From positions 1 to 64,000 of IMG/VR virus record IMGVR_UViG_3300046820_001014: 64,000 nucleotides of DNA. The stretch is one strand, 5' to 3'. The DNA comes from a virus. Under the pieces are notes generated by a model that was not told where the DNA came from, made no database searches, and saw only the letters and a program-made list of their open reading frames with translations. Each line of letters begins with the position of its first letter. The stretch's first letter is position 1. Positions 47,732 to 57,411 of this stretch are shown here, one piece after another. A program made the position numbers and the translations under genes.

Positions 47732-48240
47732 TTTGTTATTTCTTTACTTATTCTTATTTCTTTTAGTGCTGGTGCTAATTTCATAAAATCTTCATAACTA
47801 AATATATCTGATTTAAGTCTATTACATGTCCAACAACAAGGGGCAACATTATCTATTGTGTAACCTTTTAAGTTATCTTTTCTATCTAATTGATGTGCTC
47901 TAGAGAAATTTTTACCCCAATTTTTAGAATATTTATTATAAACTAGCTCTTTACCACAGTAAGTACATTCATTATGTAAAATTATTTCTTTAAATTCCTC
48001 AAAACTTAAAGTAAATTCTACTTTTCTGTTTCTGTGATTTTTTAATTCATTATAAATAAATAAATATTCCTCTCCTTTTTGAGTACAACTTCTACATTTA
48101 CAACTGTGAGTTTTTAAACTTCCAGCCTGTAAAGATAATTCTTTACCACAACCTAAACAATTATAGATGTAGATTTTATATCTAACTCCTTTTCCAGTTA
48201 CTCTTGTTTCTTTTCTTAAACAATTTTCTTTTAATAACAT
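47728..48240 (-). CDS. HNH-type homing endonuclease
   Basis: 'CTYCG', 'LDRKDNLKGYTIDNVAPCCWTCNRLK'. Confidence 0.82.
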   Translation of the reverse strand: MLLKENCLRKETRVTGKGVRYKIYIYNCLGCGKELSLQAGSLKTHSCKCRSCTQKGEEYLFIYNELKNHRNRKVEFTLSFEEFKEIILHNECTYCGKELVYNKYSKNWGKNFSRAHQLDRKDNLKGYTIDNVAPCCWTCNRLKSDIFSYEDFMKLAPALKEIRISKEITK

Positions 48241-48283
48241 ATTTGCAGTGTTTTATTATACACTACAATTATACGAAAAATAT

Positions 48284-49999
48284 TTAACCTTCACAAAACA
48301 CACACTCTTCAAATGTGCTACCTTTCATATCTCTAGACAAAATAGATTCTGTCCTTACATAGTATAAACTCTTAAGTCCTTCTTCCCAAGCTGTGTAATG
48401 TACTTTATTAAACCACTTAGGTTCTACATCAGCAGGAAAGAATAAGTTTAAGGATATACCTTGATCTATAAACTTTTGCCAAATAGCAGCTTGTTTAACT
48501 AACTCTAACTGATTAATCTCATAAGCTGTAAGGAAAACCTCTTTTTCTTCATCTGTAAGAAACTCACACCATTGACAAGAACCTTTATGCTCTACTGCTA
48601 ACTTATTCCAAAATTCAAATGTATTATGTTCTGAGTATTTCTTAGATATAAGTCTTTCAAAGTTATAATTTCTTCTGATAAAAGTTCCTTTAGCAGATTG
48701 TTGAGTCCAAGCATTAGCTACAATAGGTTCTAATCCTTGAGATACTCCACTACTAACTAATGAGTTTGTTGTAGTTGGAGCAATAGCAAAGAGTGCTAAG
48801 TTTCTATTCTCATCACACCACTCAGGTTTACTTAATAGATTACCATACTTCTTATTATAAGATTCTCCCTGCTCCTTCATCCAAGATCCTATCTTATAAG
48901 ATAGCCCTCTTGTTTGTAGAGATATAAATGGAATTTTCTTCTTTTGTAAATATGTATGCCAACCAAGTATTCCTAATCCTAGTAATCTACTCTTCTCAGC
49001 AAATCTTACAGCATTCTCAAATCCAGGTTTACCCTTAGCTTGAGATATAAAGTAAGACATATTAGTATCTAAGAATAATAGAGCTAACTCTATAAACTCA
49101 GGATCTTTCATTATATCATCTATATAAATAGCATTAATAGATGCTAAGTCACAAACTACAGTATGAAGCTTATCATGAGGAGCCATAATTTCAGTACAGA
49201 TATTAGTACCATCAATCTTTAAGTTTCTCTTAACCATATCTGCAGGTTTAAACTTATTAGCATTATGATAGTACATAATATAAGGCTGACCAGTCTTCAT
49301 TCTAGCAGATAATGTTTCTGCCCATAGCTCTAAGTTCTCGGAGTTAGTTTTTAAGGATTCCATAAAGTAATCATCAATAGTAAAACAGTGATTTAAGTTT
49401 AAACACTGTCTATTAACATCACCCTTAGGTTGTCTCATCTTTAAGAACTCCTTAGCATCCTTATGTCTAATAGGTAGATTAATAGATGCCGCACCTCTCC
49501 TAACAGAACCTTGATTAGCTGCTATAATAGCACTATCATATACCTTTAAGAAAGGTATTACACCTTCACTAAATCCTCCTACACTAATTGGTTCACCTCT
49601 ACCTCTAATCTTATCTACTGTAATACCAACACCACCTCCCATCTTAGTAAGAAGAGCTAACTCATGAGCTTTTAAGTAAATATTATCTAAGGAGTCTTCT
49701 ACTCTTTCTATAAAACAAGAAATTGTAAATCCTCTTGTAGTACCAGTATTCGCAAGTATAGGTGTGGCTGGGCATAACCAACCTTTCCACATATATTCAA
49801 ACCATTTATCTTTAATTTTACCTCTATCTAAATTAGTAAAAACCTCATGATCTAAATATTGAGATAAAGTAGTAGCAATTCTCCCATACATTTCTCTAGG
49901 AGTCTCATTATCTAAAAGATGTTGTCTTTTTAAGGTTTTTAAACCTTCCTCTTTCATCCATTCAGGATAATCTACACCTTCTTTCCAGTTATCTATCAT
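48284..49999 (-). CDS. nrdA: Ribonucleotide reductase class I alpha subunit
   Basis: 'ISCF', 'GGGVG', 'TNICTEI', 'APTT', 'SLYY', C-terminal CxxC. Confidence 0.95.
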   Translation of the reverse strand: MIDNWKEGVDYPEWMKEEGLKTLKRQHLLDNETPREMYGRIATTLSQYLDHEVFTNLDRGKIKDKWFEYMWKGWLCPATPILANTGTTRGFTISCFIERVEDSLDNIYLKAHELALLTKMGGGVGITVDKIRGRGEPISVGGFSEGVIPFLKVYDSAIIAANQGSVRRGAASINLPIRHKDAKEFLKMRQPKGDVNRQCLNLNHCFTIDDYFMESLKTNSENLELWAETLSARMKTGQPYIMYYHNANKFKPADMVKRNLKIDGTNICTEIMAPHDKLHTVVCDLASINAIYIDDIMKDPEFIELALLFLDTNMSYFISQAKGKPGFENAVRFAEKSRLLGLGILGWHTYLQKKKIPFISLQTRGLSYKIGSWMKEQGESYNKKYGNLLSKPEWCDENRNLALFAIAPTTTNSLVSSGVSQGLEPIVANAWTQQSAKGTFIRRNYNFERLISKKYSEHNTFEFWNKLAVEHKGSCQWCEFLTDEEKEVFLTAYEINQLELVKQAAIWQKFIDQGISLNLFFPADVEPKWFNKVHYTAWEEGLKSLYYVRTESILSRDMKGSTFEECVFCEG

Positions 50000-50003
50000 A
50001 TTC

Positions 50004-50948
50004 TTAAAATAAATCTGTTCCTTTAAAAGTTACATCTGTATAATCACTTACTCTAACAGCAAAGAAATCTCCAAACTTTTGACCAGAACTTAACTCATCA
50101 AACCAACTCATCTCTTGTAAAAGAGTAGGATCTACATAGAACTGAGGATCGTAACCTAATTCCTTAGTCTTCATATTAATTCTATGAGTAATAAAGTTTT
50201 TAAGTTGTTCTTTAGTAAGAGTTCTAATAGAATCTTCAGCAAATAATTGATCTATAAAAGCAAATTCTAAATCTTTAGTTACTTTAGCAGCTTCATAAAT
50301 ATCTTCTCTAACCCAGCCTCTAGTAGAAGGACCTTCTTTACATAAAGTATTAAAGAGATATATACCTCCAATAGAGTGTAAATTTTCATCTCTAATAGAA
50401 TAGTTAACTATTTGAGATACACCCTTAAGTAAGTTTTCTTTCTGAAAAGATAAGAGTACTGCAAAACTAGAGAATAGTACACAACCTTCAGCAAATGCTG
50501 AGAAGATAGCTAAACTTGCTGCTACATCATGTGTGTCATAAGTGTTAGGTACTTCTAAGAAATAATCTAATTTATTCTTAGTTTTTTCATCATGTAAAAA
50601 AGCTTTAAAATCATCCAATCCTAATTCCTCATTAATCATGGCATAGTTATCCATGTGTATTGATTCAAAGTAAGAGAATGCACTAGCCATCATAGCTACT
50701 TCTGGTTTAGGGAACCATTCAGCTACTCTTCTCCAGTAATCTCCTACTAAAATTTCCATTTGAGTAAATCCTTTTAAGATTCCTCCAATAACATTTTTTT
50801 CTCCTTGAGAGAGTGTATTCCAATCTTGAATATCTTGAGAAAGTTTAATCTCATCTTTAGTCCAGTGAACTAATTGCTGCTTGCGATAAAAATCATAAGC
50901 TTCTGGATATTCAAATGGTCTATAATAAGACCTATTATCTGTTAACAT
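50004..50948 (-). CDS. nrdB: Ribonucleotide reductase class I beta subunit
   Basis: 'ESIHMDNY', 'EGCVLFSSF', 'RDENLH'. Confidence 0.95.
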   Translation of the reverse strand: MLTDNRSYYRPFEYPEAYDFYRKQQLVHWTKDEIKLSQDIQDWNTLSQGEKNVIGGILKGFTQMEILVGDYWRRVAEWFPKPEVAMMASAFSYFESIHMDNYAMINEELGLDDFKAFLHDEKTKNKLDYFLEVPNTYDTHDVAASLAIFSAFAEGCVLFSSFAVLLSFQKENLLKGVSQIVNYSIRDENLHSIGGIYLFNTLCKEGPSTRGWVREDIYEAAKVTKDLEFAFIDQLFAEDSIRTLTKEQLKNFITHRINMKTKELGYDPQFYVDPTLLQEMSWFDELSSGQKFGDFFAVRVSDYTDVTFKGTDLF

Positions 50949-50951
50949 ATT

Positions 50952-51179
50952 CTAACTTATTAAATTTTCAAAACTTAAATCATACTTCTCTAAAAGATCA
51001 TTAAACTCTGTTCTAAGAGCTTCTATACTAATATCAGGACTCTCAGAGTAAGAATCTTTATTTATTATAAACCTATTTAAATCCCATAAGCATAAAGCCA
51101 TATCTAAAGCTTTAACACATCTAAAATGAGCCTGAATATCATCAGACTCATCTAGATTAAACTTTAATTCTGCTTGCAT
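50952..51179 (-). CDS. Hypothetical protein
   Basis: ATG 51179 just after the upstream stop codon. Confidence 0.5.
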   Translation of the reverse strand: MQAELKFNLDESDDIQAHFRCVKALDMALCLWDLNRFIINKDSYSESPDISIEALRTEFNDLLEKYDLSFENLIS

Positions 51180-51180
51180 A

Positions 51181-51510
51181 TTAAAATATCCACTTCTTAA
51201 ACCAAGTAGCAAAGAATCCTGGAGTCTTAATAGGTTGTTCTTCTACTACTTCTTCTTCAATACTATGTATATTATATTCTTCCATATGCTTCTCAAAAGC
51301 TGCTACTCTTTCCTTGTAAGCATCTAAATCAAAATCTGATCCTACCTCAACTATTTCTATAACTACCTGTTCTTGTGGAGCATTAAGTTCTGCAGTTTGA
51401 GTATGCTTCCTTCTTCTACTGTTATTCATAATTATCTTATTTTCTTTAGGCTGCAAAGATAACCATTCCTCTTTAGAAATAAATTTTCCTTTAGAATTTC
51501 TGTAACTCAT
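51181..51510 (-). CDS. Hypothetical protein
   Basis: Coupled ORF; N-terminal 'RNSKGKF' motif. Confidence 0.5.
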   Translation of the reverse strand: MSYRNSKGKFISKEEWLSLQPKENKIIMNNSRRRKHTQTAELNAPQEQVVIEIVEVGSDFDLDAYKERVAAFEKHMEEYNIHSIEEEVVEEQPIKTPGFFATWFKKWIF

Positions 51511-51920
51511 TCTACAGTGTATTTAGTGTTGTTAACAATTAAATATTGTATTTTCCTATTATTAACATTCTTAATAGTCTTACTATCTAAATCAAATACT
51601 TTAGAGTATCCAAAATCCTCATCAGCAGATACAAAATAACCTCTGATAGTTCTTTCCTCTTTGTTAATCTTTAAAAAGTTAACCTCAAATACATTCTTAG
51701 TATGTTGTAACACATTAATTATAGTACCTAAAGTTGTCTTTATTTCTTGATTAAAAGTACTAGAGTTAGTACAGTAATTTGTAAACATAGAAGAGTCTTC
51801 TATATAGAACTCTCTACCCTCAGTATCTATACACTTAAATACCTCTACATCTTCCTTCCTTTGCTTAGCAATAACTTTAAATAAAAGTCTACTGCTATTC
51901 CATCCACTCATGCTAATCAT
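51507..51920 (-). CDS. Hypothetical protein
   Basis: Coupled ORF; possible SH3/Sm-like C-terminal half. Confidence 0.5.
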   Translation of the reverse strand: MISMSGWNSSRLLFKVIAKQRKEDVEVFKCIDTEGREFYIEDSSMFTNYCTNSSTFNQEIKTTLGTIINVLQHTKNVFEVNFLKINKEERTIRGYFVSADEDFGYSKVFDLDSKTIKNVNNRKIQYLIVNNTKYTVE

Positions 51921-52147
51921 AACTTATTTCCAATTTTGTTCTCAATTTCCTTTTTAACTTTTACCCAATAAGGTAGTAACATATTTGCATCATGATATTC
52001 TATATTACTTACAAGTTCTAATATCTCATTTACTGCCTCTAGTGCACATTGTTTAGCTGTATACTCATCAATGTTTCCTTGATAGCAATACAACATTATA
52101 TTTATTAAAAGCTTTGCTTTGTCTTCAGGACTAATCTCCATACTCAT
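51917..52147 (-). CDS. Hypothetical protein
   Basis: 'AKQCAL.AV.EI...YW..VKKEIE' small phage protein pattern. Confidence 0.5.
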   Translation of the reverse strand: MSMEISPEDKAKLLINIMLYCYQGNIDEYTAKQCALEAVNEILELVSNIEYHDANMLLPYWVKVKKEIENKIGNKL

Positions 52148-52781
52148 TAGCTAAAATTTTACCTACCAAATCACTTCTGTGGTTATGTTTAAGTTTTACC
52201 CATTCTATACCATCAATTTTTTTAGACAACTCAATAACATAAGCCAATCCATTAAAGGTTTCTCTAATATCTTGTTGTTCTAAATCACCATTAATAATAA
52301 TCTTACCTGTCTTACCAAGTCTAGTAAGAATAGCAAGCATCTCATGTTTAGTTAAGTTTTGAGCTTCCTCAACAACAAGTACATCATCAATAGTCTTACC
52401 TCTAATAAACTGTACAGGATAAGCTGCAATCTTCTTATCTTTTACAAGATCACTAATCTTAAGCTTATCATAACACTTTTCTAGATTCTCTCTAAAAGCT
52501 TCCAAATAGGGATTAAATTTTTCTTCTAAATCTCCAGGAAGAAATCCTAATGAGTTTCCAACCTCAATTGCTGCTCTAGTAACATAAATGTAATCACATT
52601 GTTTCTTCATTAAGAAGTCTAATGCTACTTGTGCACATATTAGTGATTTACCACTACCTGCTCTACCTGTTACTATAACAATTTGATTGTTAATAATAAG
52701 TTGTTTAGCAAGTTTTTGTTCTTCATTAAGAGTTACATTATACTTAATGTCATTCTTTCTTTCCCTATTTGGTTCTTTCAT
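52131..52781 (-). CDS. phoH: PhoH-family ATPase
   Basis: 'GRAGSGKS', 'LGFLPGDL', 'RGKT', 'EAQN', 'LTRLG', 'GDLEQQD'. Confidence 0.92.
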   Translation of the reverse strand: MKEPNRERKNDIKYNVTLNEEQKLAKQLIINNQIVIVTGRAGSGKSLICAQVALDFLMKKQCDYIYVTRAAIEVGNSLGFLPGDLEEKFNPYLEAFRENLEKCYDKLKISDLVKDKKIAAYPVQFIRGKTIDDVLVVEEAQNLTKHEMLAILTRLGKTGKIIINGDLEQQDIRETFNGLAYVIELSKKIDGIEWVKLKHNHRSDLVGKILANEYGD

Positions 52782-52787
52782 ATTTTT

Positions 52788-53726
52788 TTAAATATTAATT
52801 AAATAACTATTATTATACTCCTCAAGAGTATAATTCCACTCATTTTTCTCCATATGCCACTTAATTCTTTTTAAAAGATTGTTATATTCTATCTCTCCTC
52901 TATCAATTTGAGTATCAGAAATCTTATAACAATGTCTTGTAAAGAATTGAGTATCAACTACCGGCATATAACAAGAGAAAGAATAATCTGGAAATACTGT
53001 AGATAATGCAAGTTTATAGAAAGCCATTTGTCTGTAATACTTCCAGAACTCAAAACTCTCTGGAAAGAACTGTGCTCTCTTAGATGTAGTCTTTAGATCT
53101 ACAAGTACACAATACTTCTCCTTATGGTTTATAATAACTCTATCAAGTCTACTTTTACAAGGTATATCTAAGTACTCAAAGTATATCTCATACTCATTAA
53201 ATATCTCACAATTACTCCAATCTTGAAAGAGATACTTAGTACAAGCAGCATGAGATCTTAGAGCATTAACACATCCTTCTATAACTCCTTTCTGCTCTCT
53301 AGTCATAAACTGCTTACCTTGATTAAGTTCCAGTTCTGCTATATACTCATAAATATTACTTTTCTTAAGTGTATTTAAAAGAGTCTCATCTTTATAGTTA
53401 TTATAATAAGATGCTAATCTTGCAGCTTTAATAAGAACTTCATCCTGAGTCTCAACAAGATGAGAATCTTTAATCTGAAAGTATTGTGTAACTACATTAC
53501 ACAAACTCTCATTAGGTTTAGCTACCTCTGATACAACAAACTCTTCAGGACTCTCACAATACAGATGTAGGAGGCTTCCGTTTTCTAGACTTGGGCTTGG
53601 AGCTAACTTTTGTATTGTTCCCTCCAGATACATCTGAAACAGCTTTGGACTTCCTCCTTGCTCTGGGTTTATCAGGGATAGAGTGCTGTTGGCTATCTCC
53701 CTCCTCTCGTAATAATTGGTTATCAT
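52788..53726 (-). CDS. PD-(D/E)xK exonuclease (RecE/ExoVIII-like)
   Basis: 'GSLLH', 'KSRLDR', 'VDLKTT', 'YYRQMAFY'. Confidence 0.82.
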   Translation of the reverse strand: MITNYYERREIANSTLSLINPEQGGSPKLFQMYLEGTIQKLAPSPSLENGSLLHLYCESPEEFVVSEVAKPNESLCNVVTQYFQIKDSHLVETQDEVLIKAARLASYYNNYKDETLLNTLKKSNIYEYIAELELNQGKQFMTREQKGVIEGCVNALRSHAACTKYLFQDWSNCEIFNEYEIYFEYLDIPCKSRLDRVIINHKEKYCVLVDLKTTSKRAQFFPESFEFWKYYRQMAFYKLALSTVFPDYSFSCYMPVVDTQFFTRHCYKISDTQIDRGEIEYNNLLKRIKWHMEKNEWNYTLEEYNNSYLINI

Positions 53727-54087
53727 ATATTTTTTTAATTTGTTCTAATACTTCCCTACATTGTTCTTGATTTCTAGGCATAAAGAATAAGTGGTCAGAA
53801 TACTTAAATTTGAACATCTTATGCTTAATCTTAGCTTTCTCCTCAAGAAGTCCCTTTGTCTCAATAACTATCTTACTATCTGTAAGATAAAAATCAGACA
53901 CATACTCTATCTTTCTAATAGTTTTACCTTCATACTTAAAACTAGGTTGAATCTCAAAAGGTTCTTGTAGTTTTAAGCATGTAAGTAAATTATTACTTTC
54001 TAAGAGTTTGTAAAAATACAACTCTAATCCACTATCAAAGATTAAGTTGTTATACTTAATCTTCTTAGTGGCATAATATTTCCTCAT
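53554..54087 (-). CDS. DUF1064-like PD-(D/E)xK endonuclease (resolvase-like)
   Basis: 'KY..KK....FDS..E', 'YVSDF', 'IETKG'. Confidence 0.75.
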   Translation of the reverse strand: MRKYYATKKIKYNNLIFDSGLELYFYKLLESNNLLTCLKLQEPFEIQPSFKYEGKTIRKIEYVSDFYLTDSKIVIETKGLLEEKAKIKHKMFKFKYSDHLFFMPRNQEQCREVLEQIKKIYDNQLLREEGDSQQHSIPDKPRARRKSKAVSDVSGGNNTKVSSKPKSRKRKPPTSVL

Positions 54088-54098
54088 AATATTTTATA

Positions 54099-54689
54099 CT
54101 AAAATGGTAGCTCAACATGATTTATAAACTTAGTTCTTTCCTTAACTAAGTTCTCAACAAATCCAGCTAATAATTCTTCTTTAAAGCCTTTTACATCTTT
54201 AATACTATCAAACTCATATACTTTATGAAAGATATCATAAAGATTAGTAAATTCCTCATGTATAACCAACTCAGGTGTATAATCCGGATTTCTACCTTCT
54301 ACTCTACCTCCTATACTAGTATAAAATCTTTCTACATGCTCAGAATATGTATTATAAAATGCTTTAGTTACATGTATAACATTTTTTGTATAATAACCAA
54401 TATCTACTTTCTTTTTACACAAAAGAAATACTATGTTACCATCTAAATCATAAATACTATCATAGAATACATAATATGGAAAGAAAGACTTTAAGTACTT
54501 TCTATTATGAGTGCTTTTTGTATTACAAAGTAATTTTGCAAAACAATCAAATAGAGTAGTTCTAGTCTTCTTAATTGAGAATGGTTCATAATTAAAAAGA
54601 TTTACTTTCCACTTATTTATGTGAGGTATTTTAGTGGAAGCATAATACTGTCTTACTAAAGCTCTTAATTCATCTGTTGTTACTGCCAT
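54099..54689 (-). CDS. Hypothetical protein coupled to the E1 gene
   Basis: Overlaps the E1 3' end; ends in ELPF. Confidence 0.55.
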   Translation of the reverse strand: MAVTTDELRALVRQYYASTKIPHINKWKVNLFNYEPFSIKKTRTTLFDCFAKLLCNTKSTHNRKYLKSFFPYYVFYDSIYDLDGNIVFLLCKKKVDIGYYTKNVIHVTKAFYNTYSEHVERFYTSIGGRVEGRNPDYTPELVIHEEFTNLYDIFHKVYEFDSIKDVKGFKEELLAGFVENLVKERTKFINHVELPF

Positions 54690-55351
54690 GTCAAACCATT
54701 AAAAGTATGAAAGAAAGGTACTTCTCTAATCTCTTCACCAATATCTTCAATATGTTTCTGATTAGCAAGATAATTACATAAGAGTGCTACAGCTTGAGTT
54801 GCTACCATAGCTGCATAATGTCCTGTCTGCTTGTAGCTACAAGGTAAATCAGGTATCTCATCATCTCTTCTCAAAGAATCAAGATACATCTGTACATGTT
54901 CTTCCTTATGTACACAGAATATTTGAAACTCTTCTGCTTGCAATCTGGTATCTATAAAGATTTTTCTATCTTCTGTCTTACACCACTCCTCAAACATAAG
55001 TTTTCTAGCTTCCATATTGTCAAACATAGCAAAGCAGTAAGGAGTTACCTCACAACCTTCTTCATATTTACCAAGATCATCTAAGATACCATTAGAATAT
55101 TCTTTAATCATAACAGCAACTGCTGCAGCTTTAGGTTTACCTAAATCATCATACCTAAAGAATTGACAATCTAAATTTACATCCTCTACAGTATCCATCT
55201 CATAAGCAATTAAATGATGCCTAAGTCTGGATAGAAAGAAAGCTACATAAGCACCTACACCACCAAGTCCCCCTAGAATAATTTCTAGGGGTTTTTCTGT
55301 TACAAATGGTGCTGCTGAGAATCTACTAAATTCTAAACGATTATACCTCAT
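54680..55351 (-). CDS. ThiF/E1-like ubiquitin-activating (adenylating) enzyme
   Basis: GLGGVG, 'DTVEDVNLDCQ', 'KPKA', 'DNMEARK', 'IDTR', candidate catalytic Cys in 'PDLPCS'. Confidence 0.88.
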   Translation of the reverse strand: MRYNRLEFSRFSAAPFVTEKPLEIILGGLGGVGAYVAFFLSRLRHHLIAYEMDTVEDVNLDCQFFRYDDLGKPKAAAVAVMIKEYSNGILDDLGKYEEGCEVTPYCFAMFDNMEARKLMFEEWCKTEDRKIFIDTRLQAEEFQIFCVHKEEHVQMYLDSLRRDDEIPDLPCSYKQTGHYAAMVATQAVALLCNYLANQKHIEDIGEEIREVPFFHTFNGLTWQ

Positions 55352-56369
55352 TGCTTAAAAGATATTCTTGCCACTCCTTATCAGTCATTCTGGAAATATC
55401 TTTAACAGGTTTACTACTTCCAAAGGTAACTTCCTCAAAATCATCTTTAAGATCATCTAGAAGAGAATAGATAGCACCTAAACCATCAACAATAAGAGTC
55501 TTATGTTTATGTTTACTATCAACATCATCAATAAAGTTAATTAATTGAAAGAGAGAAGCTTTAGTAGCAATATCTTTACCTTGCTCTACATGATCTATGC
55601 AAAGTTTTTCTACCTGATCTAGGTATACCTCAACATCTTCTGGAGTTCTAATCTCATCCAGAGCTTCTTTTAAAGACCTAAACTTAAAATTAATAGTACC
55701 AATAGAGTACTTAGTAATAGGAGAAACTTTATAGTGGGGAGTATAAAAAGGTAAATGAGTTTGGGCATTAACAACTTTAGTAGCTTCTTTAGCTTTAAAG
55801 ATTGTATCAAACTCTTCTTGAAAATCACTACCATTTGCACCAGAGATACTTACAGGTAAAGAAAACTCCATAATAATTTTACCATCAGTAATATCTTTAG
55901 ATGTATAGTTACTATCCATACCTCTAACACCTACAGTTTGAATAATCATATCAGTAGCAATCCTAGCATTAAAATCTAATTTATTATTAACAATAACAGA
56001 TAGATGAAAAGGAAAGTTACTTATATTATCATATAGATGTTTATCATCTACACCTGATGGGCTTACACCCATATTATGATGAGAGTGAATACTGAAAAAC
56101 ATTACAGGCCACTTCTCTGAGTTATCCTCAAAATAATCAGCTAATGTTGATCCCCAATCATATTCTGTGTAACCAGAAGTACCTACATCTTTAAGTATCA
56201 AATCTATTACATGTAGTTGTAGAGTATCATCATAGATATCTCCCTCAACCTTCATGACACCTACTCCACTCCACTCTATATTAGAGCACCTGGAATTGAA
56301 ATACTTGATTTTCTCCAACACTCTGTTCTCCAGAGTTATTGGATTCTTTAGATTTTTTTTTATAATCAT
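55341..56369 (-). CDS. JAB/MPN+ metallo-isopeptidase
   Basis: 'IEWSG' Glu plus HSHHNMGVSPSGVD (HxH-x7-S-x2-D). Confidence 0.85.
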   Translation of the reverse strand: MIIKKNLKNPITLENRVLEKIKYFNSRCSNIEWSGVGVMKVEGDIYDDTLQLHVIDLILKDVGTSGYTEYDWGSTLADYFEDNSEKWPVMFFSIHSHHNMGVSPSGVDDKHLYDNISNFPFHLSVIVNNKLDFNARIATDMIIQTVGVRGMDSNYTSKDITDGKIIMEFSLPVSISGANGSDFQEEFDTIFKAKEATKVVNAQTHLPFYTPHYKVSPITKYSIGTINFKFRSLKEALDEIRTPEDVEVYLDQVEKLCIDHVEQGKDIATKASLFQLINFIDDVDSKHKHKTLIVDGLGAIYSLLDDLKDDFEEVTFGSSKPVKDISRMTDKEWQEYLLSNEV

Positions 56370-57411
56370 TGTAAATTTTATTTATTAAGTCTTCTTTAGC
56401 ATAATTATTCATAAAATACTGCAACCAATCATCAATATCAGTGTAAAGTACTCTTGAGTTTTTATATATTGTAGTATGTTTTTTATGTTTAATGTGTCTA
56501 CAATCAAACATTACATGACTTGAGAGTTTCTCTAATTTATCTTGTTTAATAGTATTATCCTCAGAAAACAAATGAAAATAATCTTTCTTAAGATCAGAAC
56601 TATTAAGGTTAAGTTTAACTTCATTCTTAAGTACAGAAATAGAGATATACTTATGAATATTATTTAATAGTTCTTCATTATTAAAGATAATACTCTGAAA
56701 TTCTGATTTTGATAAATTTTTACCTTTATTTAACTTATCTAAAGCATAATAATGATCACCATGTTCTGTCTTTTGAGAAACAGTTCTATAGAAATTTACC
56801 CAAAATATATCAGCATCATTCTCATCAAATGTATCATGATCATAATGCAAATTAGTAAGAGACATTGATAGTGGAGAAGATCCCATACAAAAAGAACTAA
56901 AATCACTACTTAAGTGAGGATGTATAAATTTAGGATTATTAATATCTACAGTAGTTCTAAAACCTCTTAGAGAAACAGTATCTATATAAAAATACATATC
57001 TCTAAGCTCAATAGGATTTCTACCAGTATTAACTTCTTGTAACATTATTTTTGGAAAATGAAATCCTAGATAATAATTTCCACTAACAGTAATTAATCCT
57101 ATTTTACAAACACTCTCATCATATAACTCAGAAGCTTTAAGCTTTCTATATTTCTGTATAAGACTAAGTTGAGTGTGATCTAGAGCATTTTTATTAAAGT
57201 TACTTAAGTTTGTAAAAAAACTAGTATCTCTACCATTAATTTTCTCATTAAGACTTGTAAAACCTAATGAGTAATACTCATAAATCCTCCACTTATTATA
57301 TTGTTTGGTATACTCCTCAACATCAATATCTAAACTGAAAATAGGTCTAAGAGCTCGGGGCCTCCTAAGAAGCCCCTTAATCTCTTTAAACTTATTACTT
57401 CTGAGTTGCAT
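56281..57411 (-). CDS. Prokaryotic E2-like conjugating enzyme
   Basis: 'HPHLSSDFSSFCMG' (HPx..C at UBC-like spacing), preceded by 'FHFPKI'; lies between the Ubl and JAB genes. Confidence 0.6.
   Translation of the reverse strand: MQLRSNKFKEIKGLLRRPRALRPIFSLDIDVEEYTKQYNKWRIYEYYSLGFTSLNEKINGRDTSFFTNLSNFNKNALDHTQLSLIQKYRKLKASELYDESVCKIGLITVSGNYYLGFHFPKIMLQEVNTGRNPIELRDMYFYIDTVSLRGFRTTVDINNPKFIHPHLSSDFSSFCMGSSPLSMSLTNLHYDHDTFDENDADIFWVNFYRTVSQKTEHGDHYYALDKLNKGKNLSKSEFQSIIFNNEELLNNIHKYISISVLKNEVKLNLNSSDLKKDYFHLFSEDNTIKQDKLEKLSSHVMFDCRHIKHKKHTTIYKNSRVLYTDIDDWLQYFMNNYAKEDLINKIYNDYKKKSKESNNSGEQSVGENQVFQFQVL

Noticed and set aside
48284-50948. Inteins or introns in nrdA/nrdB
   Set aside because: Both ORFs are continuous and compact, with no intein terminal motifs seen.
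54680-55351. ThiF as a thiamine/molybdopterin biosynthesis auxiliary gene
   Set aside because: No ThiS/MoaD ending in GG and no pathway genes; its neighbours are JAB, E2-like and Ubl-like genes.
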